A stretch of 64,000 nt of DNA from Methanobacteriota archaeon (GTDB lineage Archaea > Halobacteriota > Bog-38 > Methanoflorentales > Methanoflorentaceae). This document shows positions 29,327-39,074 of the stretch, piece by piece. Positions within the stretch are counted from its first letter, which is position 1, and each line of letters opens with the position of its first letter. The notes beneath the pieces are model-generated. The model did not search any database. It was given only the letters and a program-made list of their open reading frames with translations, and was not told the origin of the DNA. The stretch lies in assembly GCA_963720465.1 (NCBI GenBank), contig OY970393.1:96001-160000 (forward strand), in the 5' to 3' direction. The position numbers and the translations under genes are program-made.

Positions 29327-30700
29327 CTATGACAGCTGTTGTCCGACCAATTTGTTCAGATTTTTCAAAAACTCTGCTTCGGTCCCTTCAGGGATTGTAG
29401 CGCCAGCCGCAATGTCGTGACCGCCCCCGACGCCGCCGACTGAATGGGCGGCTTCACCCATAGCTCGTGCAAGGTTTAAGTGGCGTTCAACGAGACTTTG
29501 GCTTCCCCTGGCGGACACTTTGACTCCATCGTCTGAGTTCGCAAAACCTATAATCGGCAAATGCCTATCTACGCCTTCTAAATTCTTACACATTCCAGCG
29601 ACGATCCCGACGATCGTTTCGAATATGTGGTCGCCTGCGTGGAAATACTGCAAGTTTGAAAGCGTCGTCACGCCTGTTTGCTTGACGTAATTGAGCCCTC
29701 GAGCCAGATTCTCTCTGTGCATCAACAGAAGCTCGTTTGCTTTTCTGTAGCTACCAGCTCGGTCACCTAGACAAACGTCGACCCCGATCTTCTCGAAACT
29801 ATATCGCGCGGTAGCGTTAAGTAGCGTAGCATATTCGGATGCATCCCGAAGTGCAGTCCCAGGTTCTTCTTTTAAGAGGGTGTACACCTCTCCAACCAGG
29901 CTCTGCACCCTTTCAGGGGGCATGCCTTCAGTCAAGCACCTTTGAATGAGGGCAGAAATGATATTGCGCCTTTCGGCGTTGCTAAGATCCACCCATCTCC
30001 TCCATTCGCCCGCTTCTTTGAGCTCAATGTTCAAACTAGCCAAAAGCTCCAGGATTTGCGCACCGTTTCCCGTTATTCCCGGGATAAAAGGGCTGGACGC
30101 ATATTCGAGGAGCTTATGAACGGGTCGCGTTTGTCGGCCAAAAGCCTGCAAATCCTTTTCTGCCCTAACTATCGCGTTTTTTTCGGCCTCGTCGAGTATC
30201 ACCCTGTTTACTCCTCTCAGTCGCCCTTCTCTCACGTGCTGTAGATCGCCGACGGCACCTACAACAGCTAAGTCTGAAAGCTCCACATTGTCTCCGAGAG
30301 CTCTGGCGATCAAATAAGTGGCCCCAGATCCACTCAGGTCGGTAGCGCCGTTATACCCAAAAAGGTGGGGGTTGAGGTGAAACGCCATCTCGGAGCTTCC
30401 TGCTGGTTGGTGATGGTCAGCGACTATGCAGACCGGTCCTAAATCGTCCATTAAATCTAGACTCCCGCTTCCTAAGTCGGTGAACATCACTGCGTCTGCG
30501 CCCGAAACACTCTGCATAACCGGGAGGTCCAGTTTCTTGACGATTTTAATTTCATTGCCGATTTCCATCTTGTTGAGCGCCCGGCAGATTATGCCGGCAG
30601 CAGCAAGACCGTCTGCGTCAACGTGAGAAACGATCGTTATTTCGTCCTGCTTCTTGAGCGCTTCCGCGCATTCTCGTGCACGTTTTAAGAGTTGTTCCAT
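29327..30700 (-). CDS. RecJ-like DHH/DHHA1 phosphoesterase
   Basis: HVDADG, DLGSG, DHH, VGAVGD and GGGHDIAAGA motifs. Confidence 0.93.
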   Translation of the reverse strand: MEQLLKRARECAEALKKQDEITIVSHVDADGLAAAGIICRALNKMEIGNEIKIVKKLDLPVMQSVSGADAVMFTDLGSGSLDLMDDLGPVCIVADHHQPAGSSEMAFHLNPHLFGYNGATDLSGSGATYLIARALGDNVELSDLAVVGAVGDLQHVREGRLRGVNRVILDEAEKNAIVRAEKDLQAFGRQTRPVHKLLEYASSPFIPGITGNGAQILELLASLNIELKEAGEWRRWVDLSNAERRNIISALIQRCLTEGMPPERVQSLVGEVYTLLKEEPGTALRDASEYATLLNATARYSFEKIGVDVCLGDRAGSYRKANELLLMHRENLARGLNYVKQTGVTTLSNLQYFHAGDHIFETIVGIVAGMCKNLEGVDRHLPIIGFANSDDGVKVSARGSQSLVERHLNLARAMGEAAHSVGGVGGGHDIAAGATIPEGTEAEFLKNLNKLVGQQLS

Positions 30701-31046
30701 CAGAACCCCTACGTTAGGCGAACCGGTCAAAACGATGCGAAGCGGCTGAATCTGTCGCCCATTCTGTATTTGCGGGGAAGCCGATATAAAGCTTACCTGA
30801 CTTGCCCCAACGCGGCACGTCTTCCCACAGATCCTGTCGCGATCTCCGTTCGCGTGCCGCGCTTCGCGCTAGATGAGCGAAGCTTGCACTCCAAAGAAAC
30901 TTATGAGGTCGACTCGCTTAACGACTCCGAAACTCTCGGAGATGAAGCGATACGTGGAGCAAAGACGGCATTAGGTGTCATACGACGCCTCCACCAGAAG
31001 ACTAATCAGTAGCGGGCGCCCCTCAGTGCGGGAGATACCGCTGGGC

Positions 31047-31310
31047 CTAAGAAGGATGCTTTTTCCAACGGAACCTCCTTTTTCTCAATGTCAGTCCCCA
31101 GGCTATGCATCCAAGACCAAGAATGATTAATATCGACCCAATGTCACTGGGCGTACTCAATGCGTATGGTAGCAACGCTATAACACACAAGCCAGCACCC
31201 AGCAGCATGAAAAGATGTCCGACGTTGTCGCCTACTTTGAGCAGGTAAATGGCCAAAATTAGTGCCAATAGTGGGAGAGCTAGTAGTGCCACTAGATTCG
31301 CGTTCACCAT
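31047..31310 (-). CDS. Small three-TM membrane protein
   Basis: Three hydrophobic helices and a basic C-tail. Confidence 0.6.
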   Translation of the reverse strand: MVNANLVALLALPLLALILAIYLLKVGDNVGHLFMLLGAGLCVIALLPYALSTPSDIGSILIILGLGCIAWGLTLRKRRFRWKKHPS

Positions 31311-31460
31311 ATTTGCCGCTTAACGATTGAAACCGGTCGAACAGGTAGACCTGATTCAACGGTTCTCGTTCTGGACCGATATCGCCTGACTCCTTGTGTC
31401 GGCGTGCCAGCCACTCTTGATGTCTTGGCTGCTCGTGTGTAGCTGCCGGCTATCTCGGGG

Positions 31461-31745
31461 TTATTTCCCTGCTAATTCGTCAACTTCGCGTTTGCCGTGC
31501 TCTAGCTCATCAGCTTGTTCGATATCTACCTGTAAGAGAAGAGTTTGGAACTCGCCAACGTGGGTTTTTTCTTCTTTCGCAACGTCTAGTAGGTTAGCTT
31601 TAATAGCTTCACTTTTAGTCAGAGAAGCCATCTGTTCGTAAAGATTGATTGCATCAAGCTCAGCAATAATGCTAACTCGCAAGATCTCTCTATCAATGTT
31701 TTTTTTGTCAATCTCATCTAGATCTATAGGAATAGTAGATAGCAT
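31461..31745 (-). CDS. Short ferritin-like protein (encapsulated-ferritin/Flp-like)
   Basis: IIAELDAINLYEQ and EEKTHVGEF ferroxidase half-site motifs. Confidence 0.88.
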   Translation of the reverse strand: MLSTIPIDLDEIDKKNIDREILRVSIIAELDAINLYEQMASLTKSEAIKANLLDVAKEEKTHVGEFQTLLLQVDIEQADELEHGKREVDELAGK

Positions 31746-31938
31746 GGTCAACCTCGCTCTATATACACAACCGTTAAGGTAAAGCTTTCGGATATGCTCT
31801 TCATCCGCACGGACGAGCCGGTGTGGCAAAAATCATCCGTTGAGCGCAGCCTCTCGATTTGAGGGCGGTAGCAGCATTACGCCGCCTATATCGCAATTAC
31901 CGCAAGGTTTATTTGAAAATGCAGTAATGCTGGTGTCA

Positions 31939-32349
31939 ATGAAACTGTTTAAGGCAGTTCTAATTATCCTCATCATCACGGGTTTGACATTGGCGTCCTC
32001 GGGATGCACGGTCAAGCTCGAAAATCTCACGCAAAATACAACTTCGCAGACTGGCACTGCGTCACTTAACGTGCCGGTATATCCTAATGCGAACAGAACG
32101 TCGTATTCAAATATCCGATTTGTCGGGCAAGTGATAAGCTACCAGACGAATGACACCCCCAAACAGGTTTTAGAGTTCTATAAGTCTCAAATGGAAGAAC
32201 GAGGTTACAACATCAGCAGAAACTTCACAAGCGCCAACGAAACTGCAGGTTTGATCATATTCGCTAAGGGACAAGACACTGTGTGGGTGACAGTCGGGGA
32301 GAATAACGGCAAAACGATTATCGCTCTGCGGACTTCATTTCAGGCTTAG
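31939..32349 (+). CDS. Putative lipoprotein
   Basis: Signal peptide with lipobox LASSGC; VPVYPNA..FYKSQM..GY pattern. Confidence 0.7.
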   Translation: MKLFKAVLIILIITGLTLASSGCTVKLENLTQNTTSQTGTASLNVPVYPNANRTSYSNIRFVGQVISYQTNDTPKQVLEFYKSQMEERGYNISRNFTSANETAGLIIFAKGQDTVWVTVGENNGKTIIALRTSFQA

Positions 32350-32489
32350 GATCCAAAATAATCTGCGCAGGCATTAGCCTATCCGGCTTGATTTTGTCTT
32401 GGGTTCCTTTGGTTTTTCTCTCACAGCAGCGAAACAAGGAGCGACGTTGACGTTGTGGAGCGGAGCGCTATTGAAAAGCCCGGAATCGC

Positions 32490-33362
32490 ATGAGTCCTAC
32501 AGATAAAAACCGTACCAGATTGAACGAACCACAGCCCCTAGTCAATGAACCAGCGCTGACCGTCGGTAACACGCTCGTGTTGGCTGATCTGCATATCGGA
32601 ATTGAACACGAACTTGCGTTAAGCGGCATAAATATTCCGTCGCAGATAGACCGACGAATTGACCGAGCCCTCCGATATTTGGCTACCGCCAAATCTCAAC
32701 GCGTCGTACTCTTGGGAGACGTAAAGCATACAATCTCTAAAACCTCAGCACTTGAACGTCACGATATCCCCCGTTTTTTACGATCGTTAGCCGAATGCGT
32801 GCCGGTCGACATTCTTCCGGGAAATCACGACGCTGGCATCGAATATTGGCTCCCCCGCGACTCCCTCTTCCGAATTAAAATCCATCCATCAAAGGGCTGT
32901 AGTATCGACGGCGCGGGGCTCGTGCACGGGCACACGTGGCCTTCGACCGACCTGCTGCATTGCGACTACGTGATCATGGGGCATAACCATCCGATCGTGC
33001 GCATGGCTGATCCGCTCGGCCATATTAGTTCGAAGCCAGTTTGGATCCGGACCCGCTTTGTTGAGAGCGTATTTCGAGAACGGTATCCACAAATCGACGG
33101 CTATGCTAATCCACGCGTCATAATTATGCCGGCCTTTAACGAGTTGGTTGGCGGAATCGCATTCAACGAAGCCTCTTACGAAACGCTGCTAGGGCCGCTT
33201 TTCTCAAATCGAGCTATCGCGCTTGAAAAAGCACAGGCGTACCTCTTGGATGGCACATACCTGGGAACCGTTGAGCAACTGAGGCGCATTGCGCCAAGCC
33301 ACAGAAAGTTACGAAAGACCACGTCATCCCGAAAGAAGAACGAACACCGAGCTCGTGACTAA
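32490..33362 (+). CDS. Calcineurin-like metallophosphoesterase (archaeal SbcD/Mre11-related)
   Basis: ADLHIG, LGDVKH, GNHD, HGH, GHNHP and MPAFN motifs. Confidence 0.9.
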   Translation: MSPTDKNRTRLNEPQPLVNEPALTVGNTLVLADLHIGIEHELALSGINIPSQIDRRIDRALRYLATAKSQRVVLLGDVKHTISKTSALERHDIPRFLRSLAECVPVDILPGNHDAGIEYWLPRDSLFRIKIHPSKGCSIDGAGLVHGHTWPSTDLLHCDYVIMGHNHPIVRMADPLGHISSKPVWIRTRFVESVFRERYPQIDGYANPRVIIMPAFNELVGGIAFNEASYETLLGPLFSNRAIALEKAQAYLLDGTYLGTVEQLRRIAPSHRKLRKTTSSRKKNEHRARD

Positions 33363-33540
33363 CTAAAGCAAGCAACTTGGCGCTGCCCTTCTGGATCGCC
33401 CGACCTGTTATTCAGGATTCCGGCTACAGCTCTTTGCGCGCAGTGTGAGCCCATTCTATCATTTTTTTGCAATAGCTGCTGCTCTACAACTCGCAAACTG
33501 TAAGTAGCTTAACGTCAACTACGACGCTACAGGCAGCGCA

Positions 33541-34455
33541 ATGGCAGTGGAATGGTTCTATTTTGCATTGTTGTCGTCATTATTGATTTCTGGCGTAAAC
33601 ATCACTGATAAGATCCTAATTTCAGACTACCGAATCCCGCCGCTCGTGTATGTATTAGTAATTAGCGCCACCAGCCTTATGCCGCTGGTCATTCTTCCCT
33701 TCGTCACACTCACTGCGCTGCCGCTCGGTGTACTCATATTCACTATTGTCGTCGGTTTCATTCGCATCTACTACACGTTGCCTTATTTCAAAGCACTCTC
33801 AGTGGAAGAGGTGTCGAGGGTCATACCTCTTCTTCAGCTCACGCCTGTATTTGTGTTGGTCCTCTCCAGCCTCTTGCTTCGCGAAACGCTCAAACCGGAA
33901 GAGTACGTTGCCTTCGGGCTCTTGGTTCTTGGAGGCACACTTTTCGCCATTCGACTTGGCAAAGGAATTCGTATCTCCCTTGCTTTTTATCTTATGCTCC
34001 TCTCGTCCTTCTTATTGGCCGTCTACAGCGTCGCTTTAAAGTATTTGTTCTCGACCCAGGACTTTTACACTATATTCATCTGGGTGCAAATCGCCGGGTT
34101 CATAGCTTTTTTTCAGTTGCTTTCATTCAGGCCTTTGCGGGGATCTCTTGTCACGACTTACAAAGCTACGAGCAAGAAAATTGGAGTTATTCTCGTTGTC
34201 GAGCAGGCAGTGGCATACATTTCGGTTTTTGCGTACAGCTACGCGATAGCGCACGGGCCAATAACGCTCGTAAGCTCTGTTGGTGCGACACAGCCTCTCT
34301 TCGTGTTAGTTTTCGCGACATTATTGTCCTATCGCTTTCCGAGCGTACTGAGAGAAGAGCTCACGAGGATGGATCTCGCTCTCAAGGGGCTCGGACTTGT
34401 TGCTATCCTTTCAGGAACCTATTTGATCCAGGTCTTGGGGGCATCTGTGATCTAG
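33541..34455 (+). CDS. EamA/DMT family transporter
   Basis: About 10 TM helices in two repeats; ALSVEEVSRVIPL and GPITLVSSV segments. Confidence 0.88.
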   Translation: MAVEWFYFALLSSLLISGVNITDKILISDYRIPPLVYVLVISATSLMPLVILPFVTLTALPLGVLIFTIVVGFIRIYYTLPYFKALSVEEVSRVIPLLQLTPVFVLVLSSLLLRETLKPEEYVAFGLLVLGGTLFAIRLGKGIRISLAFYLMLLSSFLLAVYSVALKYLFSTQDFYTIFIWVQIAGFIAFFQLLSFRPLRGSLVTTYKATSKKIGVILVVEQAVAYISVFAYSYAIAHGPITLVSSVGATQPLFVLVFATLLSYRFPSVLREELTRMDLALKGLGLVAILSGTYLIQVLGASVI

Positions 34456-34909
34456 TGACTCTAGGTTTAGCAGAACGCGGCTTCAGTTTGCGCAGGCTCT
34501 CTGCGGCATCTTTAAAGTTAACGTAATTCTAAAAAGTTATCAGGTGTGTTCTGAGATCTTTCGCCCAGCGTACTCGGCCATCTTTCCGGAGGCAAGCAAA
34601 ATCACGTTGTAGCCCGGCGCCGCGTATTATGTGGACTTGCTCTACCATTGCCTCCGAAATCAAACTTAATGGACTAAGTCGTGTGCGGCGCACGTCGTCA
34701 CTGAATTCGCGATCCCCCTCAAAAAAACGCGTTGGCTCTTAGTCGTGCGAACGTAGCACACAAGTTTTTTTTGCAAAAAAAGCTGTTTTTTGAACACCGA
34801 TACATTAATATTCAGGAAAAAAGAATTATTCGCCGATAACTCCTCATAGGTTTTTCATTGTGTCTGAGGGGTTATACATAAACCTACTGAGTTTATGGTT
34901 GGTGAAAAA

Positions 34910-35962
34910 ATGGCTAGGGAAATAAATTTTGGTATAGAGTTTGTGCCGAATATGCCGCCGAATCAGTGCGCAGACAGGGTGAAGTTGGCAGAAGACAACG
35001 GCTTTAAGTACGCTTGGATTACTGACCACTTTAACAACAGGAACGTCTATCCGATGCTGACGCTCATATCACTGAAGACGTCGACTATACGGCCCGGCAC
35101 CGGTATCACAAATCCCTTCACGAGAAACCCATTGTTAACGGCTAATGCGATAGCGACGATTGACGAAGTATCAGGCGGGCGCGTTAACTTGGGCATGGGT
35201 CCCGGTGACAAAGCGACATTTGACAAAATGGGATTCGGGTTCCCAGCGCCCGCAATCTGGAGTGGCAACTGGGATATCAAGAAGCCCCTGAGTGCAATTA
35301 AGGAGGCCAAAGAAGTCGTCTACAAGCTGTTGGCCGGTAATAGCGTTGATATTGCTGGTGAGACGATAAAAGTGACCGGCGCAAAGCTTGACTTTACCGG
35401 ACCGCAGAAGGACAAGGTGCCTTTTTACATGGGCGCGCAAGGTCCTGGCATGCTTAAAACTGCTGGCGAAATTGCTGACGGAGTGCTTATCAACGCTTCC
35501 AACGAGAAAGACTACGTCGCGGCGATGCCAAACATCGAAGAGGGAGTTGGAAAGGGTGGAAAGTCGATGAGCGACTTCGACGTGGGCGCATACACGGCGT
35601 TTTCTGTCGGGCCTGATTTGGCGAAGGCACGCAAATCAGCCAAGATGGTTGCTGCGTTTATTACGATGGGCTCTCCGCCGCCTGTGCTTGAGCGACACGG
35701 TATTCCACTCGGTACGGCTAAAGCCATCGGTGCAGCTATCGGAGCAGGTAAATGGGGTGAAGTCGGGCCGTTAGTAGACGATAACATGATCGACGCCTTC
35801 GTCATAGCGGGCGACGCAGATTCCTGCAACAAGAAGATCGACGGGTTGCTCGACACCGGAGTGACGCAGGTTATAATTGGCAGCCCAACAGGTCCGGACG
35901 TTGAAGAAGCCATAAAGATTTGCGGAACGGACATTATCCCGTCGTTCGCGGGACGCTGCTAA
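34910..35962 (+). CDS. mer: F420-dependent methylene-H4MPT reductase
   Basis: FGIEFVP, WITDHFNNR, GPGDKATFD, YMGAQGP and VLINASN motifs. Confidence 0.96.
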   Translation: MAREINFGIEFVPNMPPNQCADRVKLAEDNGFKYAWITDHFNNRNVYPMLTLISLKTSTIRPGTGITNPFTRNPLLTANAIATIDEVSGGRVNLGMGPGDKATFDKMGFGFPAPAIWSGNWDIKKPLSAIKEAKEVVYKLLAGNSVDIAGETIKVTGAKLDFTGPQKDKVPFYMGAQGPGMLKTAGEIADGVLINASNEKDYVAAMPNIEEGVGKGGKSMSDFDVGAYTAFSVGPDLAKARKSAKMVAAFITMGSPPPVLERHGIPLGTAKAIGAAIGAGKWGEVGPLVDDNMIDAFVIAGDADSCNKKIDGLLDTGVTQVIIGSPTGPDVEEAIKICGTDIIPSFAGRC

Positions 35963-35990
35963 CGACTGGAAAGGTTTATCCGCCGGCCAA

Positions 35991-36028
35991 CCCCAACGGC
36001 TACCCGGCAGTTGGGGCGTTCCTTTTTT
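35991..36028 (+). terminator. Hairpin plus T-tract after mer
   Basis: ccccaac/gttgggg stem at 35991-36016, then tttttt. Confidence 0.55.
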
Positions 36029-36665
36029 ACTTCTTTTGCGCGAGATTCCGAACGACGGCACAAGAAAGCGACGATCCCGACTTTGGCGGGCTTGTGATTC
36101 GTCCGTGAGACACTTTTTCAGTTTCGTACCCCAGATCTTCGAGCACAACGACCTCGCCGTCATATCCAAGGCTGCTCCAATATGCGCAAATATCGACCAA
36201 GTCGAAATTCGGGTCGGCAAGCACGAAGAGATCTCTATTAAGAAGTGCAGCTTCTTGAAGCATTTTCTTCGCTTTGGTCGATTCTTTCCCGTGAGTTGTG
36301 ATGGCAACAATGTCTGTTGCATCGACTTTTAGCCGTGCACAGGCCAACTGCGACGACGATATTCCTGGGATAATCTCGGCATCTTGCGGAGCTTTCCTGC
36401 CCAGCCCGGAAAGCATAGGATCTCCGGTAGAAAGAATACAAGCATCGTCTTCTACTCGCAAGTCGTAGCTTTCTAAGACGATCGAGTCTCCCCGAATGTG
36501 CTCTTTTGCCAATGCCAGTGCTCTAGTTGAACCGTAAACGTGCTTTGCGTTTTTGATAGCATCAATCGCCTTCTGGGTCAGCATCCCGGGTCCTGCACCA
36601 ACGCCTACAATTTTCACGCTCGCCTTCTTGCCGGTTGTTGCGCAGCAGCGTTTCTTCTCATTCAA
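36027..36665 (-). CDS. cbiE: Cobalt-precorrin-7 C5-methyltransferase
   Basis: VGVGAGPGMLT, STGDPMLSGLG and IIPGISS motifs; last gene of the cbi operon. Confidence 0.88.
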   Translation of the reverse strand: MNEKKRCCATTGKKASVKIVGVGAGPGMLTQKAIDAIKNAKHVYGSTRALALAKEHIRGDSIVLESYDLRVEDDACILSTGDPMLSGLGRKAPQDAEIIPGISSSQLACARLKVDATDIVAITTHGKESTKAKKMLQEAALLNRDLFVLADPNFDLVDICAYWSSLGYDGEVVVLEDLGYETEKVSHGRITSPPKSGSSLSCAVVRNLAQKK

Positions 36666-37674
36666 CGTCTCTGATTATCTTTCCAGCCCTATTTATGATC
36701 ACGATTCGTGCTTGTGTACGCGTCTTCAGAGCCGTCAATGCGGCTGTGATCTCTTCCGCGTAGGGGTCCCTATCAAACAGTTCTTGAACGGTGTCGGCCT
36801 TCATTTCGCTCAATATGTCGGGCTTAGCCCATTTGAGAATCAGCGCCGGCAGGCCTATTATGATCATTTCTTTGCCTTCAGCTTTTTGAAAAACTCTTTC
36901 GAGATTGCTTCCCGCAACGATCGTGCTGTGATCTGGAAAGTACATTTTTGCGTATTTGAATCCCGTTCGGCCCGTTGTCAAAGCGACTCTAGTGGCAGTT
37001 TCTGCGAGGTTCTCAGCTGAGCCGATTAGGCATTCGTTCCAAGGTTCGACGAATCCGGTTGTACCAAGGACTGATACTCCGCCGAAAACGCCCACTTTTT
37101 GGTTAAGCGTCTTTTTGCTTATCGCAACTCCGTTGATAGCCGATAGCTTTACGAGCGCTCCCTCGAGTCCTATCCTGTGCGTGGCCTCGCCGATCGCGTG
37201 TTCGATCGACCACCGCGCCTCTGGGCTTATGGCTGGAGTGCCGTAGGGCGCTCGCAATCCATGTTTTTTGACGATTCCGATTCCCTCTCCAGCAGATAGT
37301 TGGATTTCGTCTGCCTTGGAAGCTTCAGCTTCAAAAATGAGCCCCTCAGTTACGTCTTTCGAATGATCGCTCGTCGGTTTTTGTGCCCTCGCCCAGCCAT
37401 CGGCAGACGTGGTGTGAACTTTTACTCGAATTCCAATCGGCGTTAAGATGTTGACTTGGGTCGCTGGCTCTGCGATTGACAGCACCGCGGCCTTTGCTGC
37501 GGCTGCAGAAATCGTCCCGGTAGAAAGCCCGCGTTTCAGCAACGTCCCGGAAGCAGTCAGCGTGTATAGTCCACTGTCAATTCGCCGCTTAAGCTCAGGC
37601 AGGGAAAGCCCAGATCGGGCTAGCCATTCTTGCGGAATCGCAAAGCCTGAGACAGGGTCGACCAATCTGCACAT
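36658..37674 (-). CDS. cbiD: Cobalt-precorrin-5B C1-methyltransferase
   Basis: LKRGLSTGT..AAAKAA and TLNQKVGVFGGVSVLGTTGFVEPW motifs. Confidence 0.93.
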   Translation of the reverse strand: MCRLVDPVSGFAIPQEWLARSGLSLPELKRRIDSGLYTLTASGTLLKRGLSTGTISAAAAKAAVLSIAEPATQVNILTPIGIRVKVHTTSADGWARAQKPTSDHSKDVTEGLIFEAEASKADEIQLSAGEGIGIVKKHGLRAPYGTPAISPEARWSIEHAIGEATHRIGLEGALVKLSAINGVAISKKTLNQKVGVFGGVSVLGTTGFVEPWNECLIGSAENLAETATRVALTTGRTGFKYAKMYFPDHSTIVAGSNLERVFQKAEGKEMIIIGLPALILKWAKPDILSEMKADTVQELFDRDPYAEEITAALTALKTRTQARIVIINRAGKIIRDVE

Positions 37675-37687
37675 TTTTTCAGCCGAT

Positions 37688-38329
37688 TTATCGGAATGAC
37701 ATCGATATCAGCTCATTCACGACCGCCACTGCTACAGGCGTCCCTCCTTGGGTGCCGACGCTCGTTATTGACGGGATTTTGAGTTGCCTGATCTGCTCTT
37801 TTGACTCAGCAGCGTTAACAAAGCCTACGGGCGTCGCAACGAGTAGCGCGGGTTTTACACCCTCGTGCACCATTTTTGCCACTGTAAGTGCTGCTGAAGG
37901 AGCGTTGCCGATCACGACGATCGAGTCTGTTAAGTGTTTTCCGATCTGCGATAGGCCCGCGGAAGCTCGTGTGAGCTCTTCATCTGAAACCTCTTCACTT
38001 TCTGGAAGCGCGCAGATGGCTTTCCCACCAAAACGGGTTATGTCCTTTGTAATGCCAACGCGAACCATGTTGATGTCAGTGTAAAGGTTCGTACCTGCCC
38101 TTATTGCGGCAATCCCTGCTTTGATCGGATTGTGTCGGAACCGAAGTAGTTCAGCGAATTGGGGATTTCCTGTCGCCATTACCACGCGTTGCTTTATCTT
38201 GCCTTCAGGGCTCTCATCCGCAATGATGTCGCTCACTATTTGCTGCGATCGATGCGCTATGCGCAGCGCTTCTGCGGTGGCTGCGCCCATCAGGCTACCG
38301 GTTGAACTTGGATCGTGTTTAGTATTCAT
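37688..38329 (-). CDS. cbiC: Cobalt-precorrin-8 methylmutase
   Basis: TDINMVRVGI, IGNAPSA, PVGFVNAAESK and GGTPVAVA motifs. Confidence 0.95.
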   Translation of the reverse strand: MNTKHDPSSTGSLMGAATAEALRIAHRSQQIVSDIIADESPEGKIKQRVVMATGNPQFAELLRFRHNPIKAGIAAIRAGTNLYTDINMVRVGITKDITRFGGKAICALPESEEVSDEELTRASAGLSQIGKHLTDSIVVIGNAPSAALTVAKMVHEGVKPALLVATPVGFVNAAESKEQIRQLKIPSITSVGTQGGTPVAVAVVNELISMSFR

Positions 38330-39074
38330 ACTTTCTTTGGTACCCCCTTGGTGTTATGATCTTGTCCTTCCAGATGAATGATTCACGATTTCCCACTATG
38401 ATAGTTGTGTGCATGTCGATTATCTCTTCGTGTTCCATAAGCGTCTCCAACGTCGCCACGGCTGTCATTTCTCCAGGCCTCGTACCGTTTTGGACGATGC
38501 CTACGGGAACGTGAGGTCGGTGCTTTTTAAGCAGTTCTATGGACCTCGCAAGATTGATCTTGCGTTTTCTGCTCTGCGGGTTGTACAACGCGATGACGAA
38601 CCCGGATTCGGCTGCTGATGTGAGTCGCTTCTCGATGTCTGCCCAGGGTATCAGCAAATCGCTTAGGCTGATGATCGCGTAGTCACTGGAAAGCGGCGCC
38701 CCAAGTATGGCAGCTACGGCATTTACCGCAGTGACGCCTGGCACGATTTCAACATCAATCGTGCTGTCTTGTGCTGCCAGCAGTTCTAAGACGAGACTCC
38801 CCATGCCAAACACGTTGGGATCCCCGCCGCTGACAATCGAGACGCTGTGTCCTGCTGAGGCTAGCTCTATCGCCTTTTTTGCCCGCTGCACTTCTTCTCC
38901 CATAACGCCTTTGATGACCTTCTGATTGTGAAGCAGAGAAGAGATCTGGTCGATGTACGTTGCGACCCCGATAACGTAGTCGGACTGGGCAATCGCGCTA
39001 GTCGCTCGCAAAGTAATGTCTTCAAGTGAGCCAGGGCCGATTCCGACGACCTGAATTCTACCTTGCGATCGCAA
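38319..39074 (-). CDS. cbiH: Cobalt-precorrin-3B C17-methyltransferase
   Basis: VVGIGPG, SGGDPNVFG, ISLSDLLIPW, LYNP and ITPRGY motifs; likely TTG start at 39074 after GGAGGTG. Confidence 0.93.
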   Translation of the reverse strand: MRSQGRIQVVGIGPGSLEDITLRATSAIAQSDYVIGVATYIDQISSLLHNQKVIKGVMGEEVQRAKKAIELASAGHSVSIVSGGDPNVFGMGSLVLELLAAQDSTIDVEIVPGVTAVNAVAAILGAPLSSDYAIISLSDLLIPWADIEKRLTSAAESGFVIALYNPQSRKRKINLARSIELLKKHRPHVPVGIVQNGTRPGEMTAVATLETLMEHEEIIDMHTTIIVGNRESFIWKDKIITPRGYQRKYEY

